Assembly: GCF_009914755.1 (NCBI RefSeq)
Contig: NC_060938.1
Length of the DNA stretch: 64,000 bases
Reading direction: 5' to 3' (one strand)
DNA from: the human T2T-CHM13v2.0 reference genome, Homo sapiens
In this document: piece by piece, positions 62,506 through 64,000 of the stretch
Numbering within the stretch: position 1 is the first letter of the stretch
Layout: each line of letters opens with the position of its first letter
Translations under genes and position numbers: made by a program
The notes under the pieces: model-generated
What the model was told of the DNA's origin: nothing
The model's input: only the letters and a program-made list of their open reading frames with translations
Database searches by the model: none

Positions 62506-63178
62506 GGGGGGAAGGGGGAGGGATAGCATTAGGAGATATACCTAATGCTAAATGACGAGTTAATGGGTGCAGCACACCAACATGGCACACGTATACATAT
62601 GTAACAAATCTGCACGTTGTGCACATGTACCCTAAAACTTAAAGTATAATAATAATAATTAAAAAAGAGACTCCCACACCACTTGTGCATCCCAATCAGA
62701 AGCCTGATACCCATCCCCACATGGACAGCTGCACAGGCCCTTGGGCTCCACGTGCTTGTGAACACACATGTACTCTGAAGTAAGGACACGGGTTCTTGTG
62801 CATCAAGTGGTATGTGGACAGGCCCCTTTGCCCATCACTGGGTATTTCTGGCAGTTTCCTGTTGTTATTCTCTTTGATCTTGTAATGGGTTTTGGGACCC
62901 CCACTTCTCCAGTCCCAGGGCTCAGAAGCCCACCAGGCTTTCCGATGCTCTCACTAAGTGTTGGCTTCTTGAGCAAGAAGGGCTAGGTCAGGGGGTGGGG
63001 TCTGGTTTTACTCATCTCTGAGTCTAGCCTCTAACCCACTGCTTAACGCAGAAAAGGTACCTGGTGAAAATCTATTAAAATCAATGACTGATTTCGCCCA
63101 ATTTGGAGTGAGACATGCCCGCACAGTCTCAATGTCTGGAGAGCTTTACAAACCCCAGGGGACACTAGGAAAAAAAAA
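62506..63178 (+). mobile_element. 5'-truncated L1PA 3' end (62506-62666) with ~500-bp 3' transduction (62667-63169) and second poly(A)
   Basis: L1 3'UTR ..gtaccctaaaacttaaagtataataataa, then unique sequence, then an A-run from 63170. Perfect TSD aaaagaaataagagga at 62490-62505 and 63179-63194. Confidence 0.82.
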
Positions 63179-63194
63179 AAAAGAAATAAGAGGA

Positions 63195-63420
63195 AAGAAT
63201 TTAAAATGATTAGGGTTTCTAGATGGGGAACTAGAAGAGATGATGATGCTACTGAGAAAGAGAAATATGGTGTGAAGAGGAGGTTGATTGGAAGAGATAC
63301 TGAATTAAGTTTTGGACATTTCAAGTCTGAAACGTCTGCGGACTATCTATGAGGAGATTGGAAAATCCGCAATTCAAAAAGCATCACTTAATACATGGTA
63401 GTCTAAGCCGCAGAAACACA
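63195..63420 (-). mobile_element. L2 fragment (target of the L1 insertion)
   Basis: Degenerate L2 motif aagttttggacatttcaagtctgaa. Confidence 0.55.
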
Positions 63421-63826
63421 GGAGTATCAAAAGACAAGTCAAACCCAAGTGCTCTTTGACAAAGCTGATGGCATATAGACAGACAAGACCTTCATAATGG
63501 AGTAAATGGATGCTCTGCCCTGATGTACTGTGTACTCATCTGTCCTGGAGCTAGGCTTCCCACCAGGCGAAAATGAAGGCCAGGAGGAGCTCCAGTAGGT
63601 CTAAGTAAGAAGCTAAAAGGACTGAAAATCTGAAACTGACAGTGCCATATCCCCCAGAAAGAGAAAGAAAGAAAAAAAGAAAATCTCCAATTTACTCCTT
63701 ACACAACTTTATAGGTCACAAGACACTTCATAGGAGAGGTGGACAGTTTTCATAAGCACACACCCCAGCTTTAACATATGAAGCAACAGATTTGGAAAAA
63801 TAAACTTATCTAAGATTATGCAGCTA

Positions 63827-64000
<174 letters not shown>

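Noticed and set aside
63061-63165. Exon-like segment on - (polypyrimidine-AG ... CAG|GTACC)
   Set aside because: The polypyrimidine tract is the reverse complement of the transduction poly(A), and the translation is unrecognisable.

Overview
Human (hominoid) genomic DNA, very rich in Alu and L1. I see no intact protein-coding gene, RNA gene or CRISPR array. The window is a mosaic of duplicated gene fragments and retrocopies. In order: FAR2-derived introns/exons (+) carrying an SSBP3 processed pseudogene nested in a twin-primed L1; a probable RAB6A-type 3'UTR retrocopy lacking its CDS (-); the terminal exon of TMEM254 (+); an RPL22 processed pseudogene (+); a full-length NEK2 processed pseudogene (-); and a single NOS2 exon between broken Alus (-). 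From memory this gene content resembles the 2q21.1 / 14q11.2 / 22q11.1 segmental-duplication family, but I cannot tell which copy this is. I found no new multi-gene biological system. The most interesting signals are mechanistic: a probable L1 3' transduction of ~500 bp bounded by a perfect 16-bp TSD (62490-63194), a fold-back template-switch scar in NEK2P, a private variant shared by two neighbouring L1s, a doubly truncated AluYd-like insertion, and a CpG-rich retrocopied SSBP3 5'UTR. Parent-gene identities come from my recall of protein/UTR sequences, not from a database search. Repeat boundaries are approximate.
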